A stretch of DNA of 64,000 bases, taken from the IMG/VR virus record IMGVR_UViG_3300028048_000110, positions 26,992-90,991 of that record; one strand, given 5' to 3'. Below, in pieces: positions 63,875 through 64,000 of the stretch; the stretch's first letter is position 1; each line of letters starts with the position of its first letter. A model generated the notes under the pieces. The model had not been told where the DNA came from and searched no databases. It worked only from the letters and a program-made list of their open reading frames with translations. The stretch comes from a virus (taxonomy: Duplodnaviria > Caudoviricetes). A program made the translations under genes and the position numbers.

Positions 63875-64000
63875 ATGCAAGTAGTGAAGAGGAATGGAAA
63901 AAATGAGCAGCTTTCAAAGAAGAAAGTGTATGATTCAATCATAAATGCAAACTCATGTGTTGAAGATGACTTTAAGCTTTCACAGAAGCAGATCAAGAGA
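63875..64000 (+). CDS. ATP-cone domain N-terminus (ribonucleotide reductase or NrdR-type); 3' truncated
   Basis: MQVVKRNGKNEQLSKKKVYDSIINAN. Confidence 0.75.
   Translation, partial: MQVVKRNGKNEQLSKKKVYDSIINANSCVEDDFKLSQKQIKR

Noticed and set aside
1-64000. Reading the many in-frame TAG codons as nonsense mutations or a decaying prophage
   Set aside because: The breaks are almost exclusively TAG, frames are preserved across them, they fall on Gln-conserved positions, and a CUA tRNA is present.
1-64000. Assignment to Lak phages or to a specific host taxon
   Set aside because: Code 15 and a T4-like gene set are shared by several lineages, and no marker here lets me place it without a search. 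The lipoproteins and spanin-like pair only suggest a diderm host.

Overview
This window is a segment of a large T4-like myophage (jumbo-phage) genome that does not use the standard genetic code: TAG is read as glutamine (translation table 15). The supplied ORF track is therefore fragmented, and I rejoined the genes by hand. Support for TAG=Gln: paralog columns with CAG/CAA opposite TAG, TAG at conserved Gln motifs, rejoined genes that end at TAA/TGA and often abut as ATGA/TAATG, and an intact CUA-anticodon tRNA at 61944-62018. Gene content, left to right: a SleB/LysM cell-wall hydrolase; a ~9 kb sugar-modification island (radical SAM, GT25-, GT32-, Stealth-, DUF616- and GT2-like transferases, UDP-sugar dehydrogenase, RmlC); three probable fibre genes; NAD-dependent ligase and ThyX; probable virion-internal proteins; Hsp20; a T4-like replication/recombination module (gp32, gp41, UvsX, gp61, clamp, gp46/47, UvsW, UvsY); two TnpB-only elements; gp15, gp4 and gp14; GroEL; a spanin-like/lipoprotein cluster; two tail-sheath paralogs; a kinase-like gene; the suppressor tRNA with an adjacent HNH endonuclease; and the start of an ATP-cone protein. 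The most interesting leads are: (i) a suppressor-tRNA plus amber-dependent HNH cassette that could spread the genetic code by homing; (ii) amber gating of the UvsX/UvsY/UvsW recombination set while core replication genes are TAG-free; (iii) a GTAAATA late-promoter candidate that also precedes all three mobile nucleases; (iv) a shared N-terminal leader that may target proteins into the capsid; (v) a TAG-free, GC-rich cassette swapped into a fibre gene. Rejoined coordinates and TAG counts are manual, and family assignments come from motif recognition; no database searches were run.
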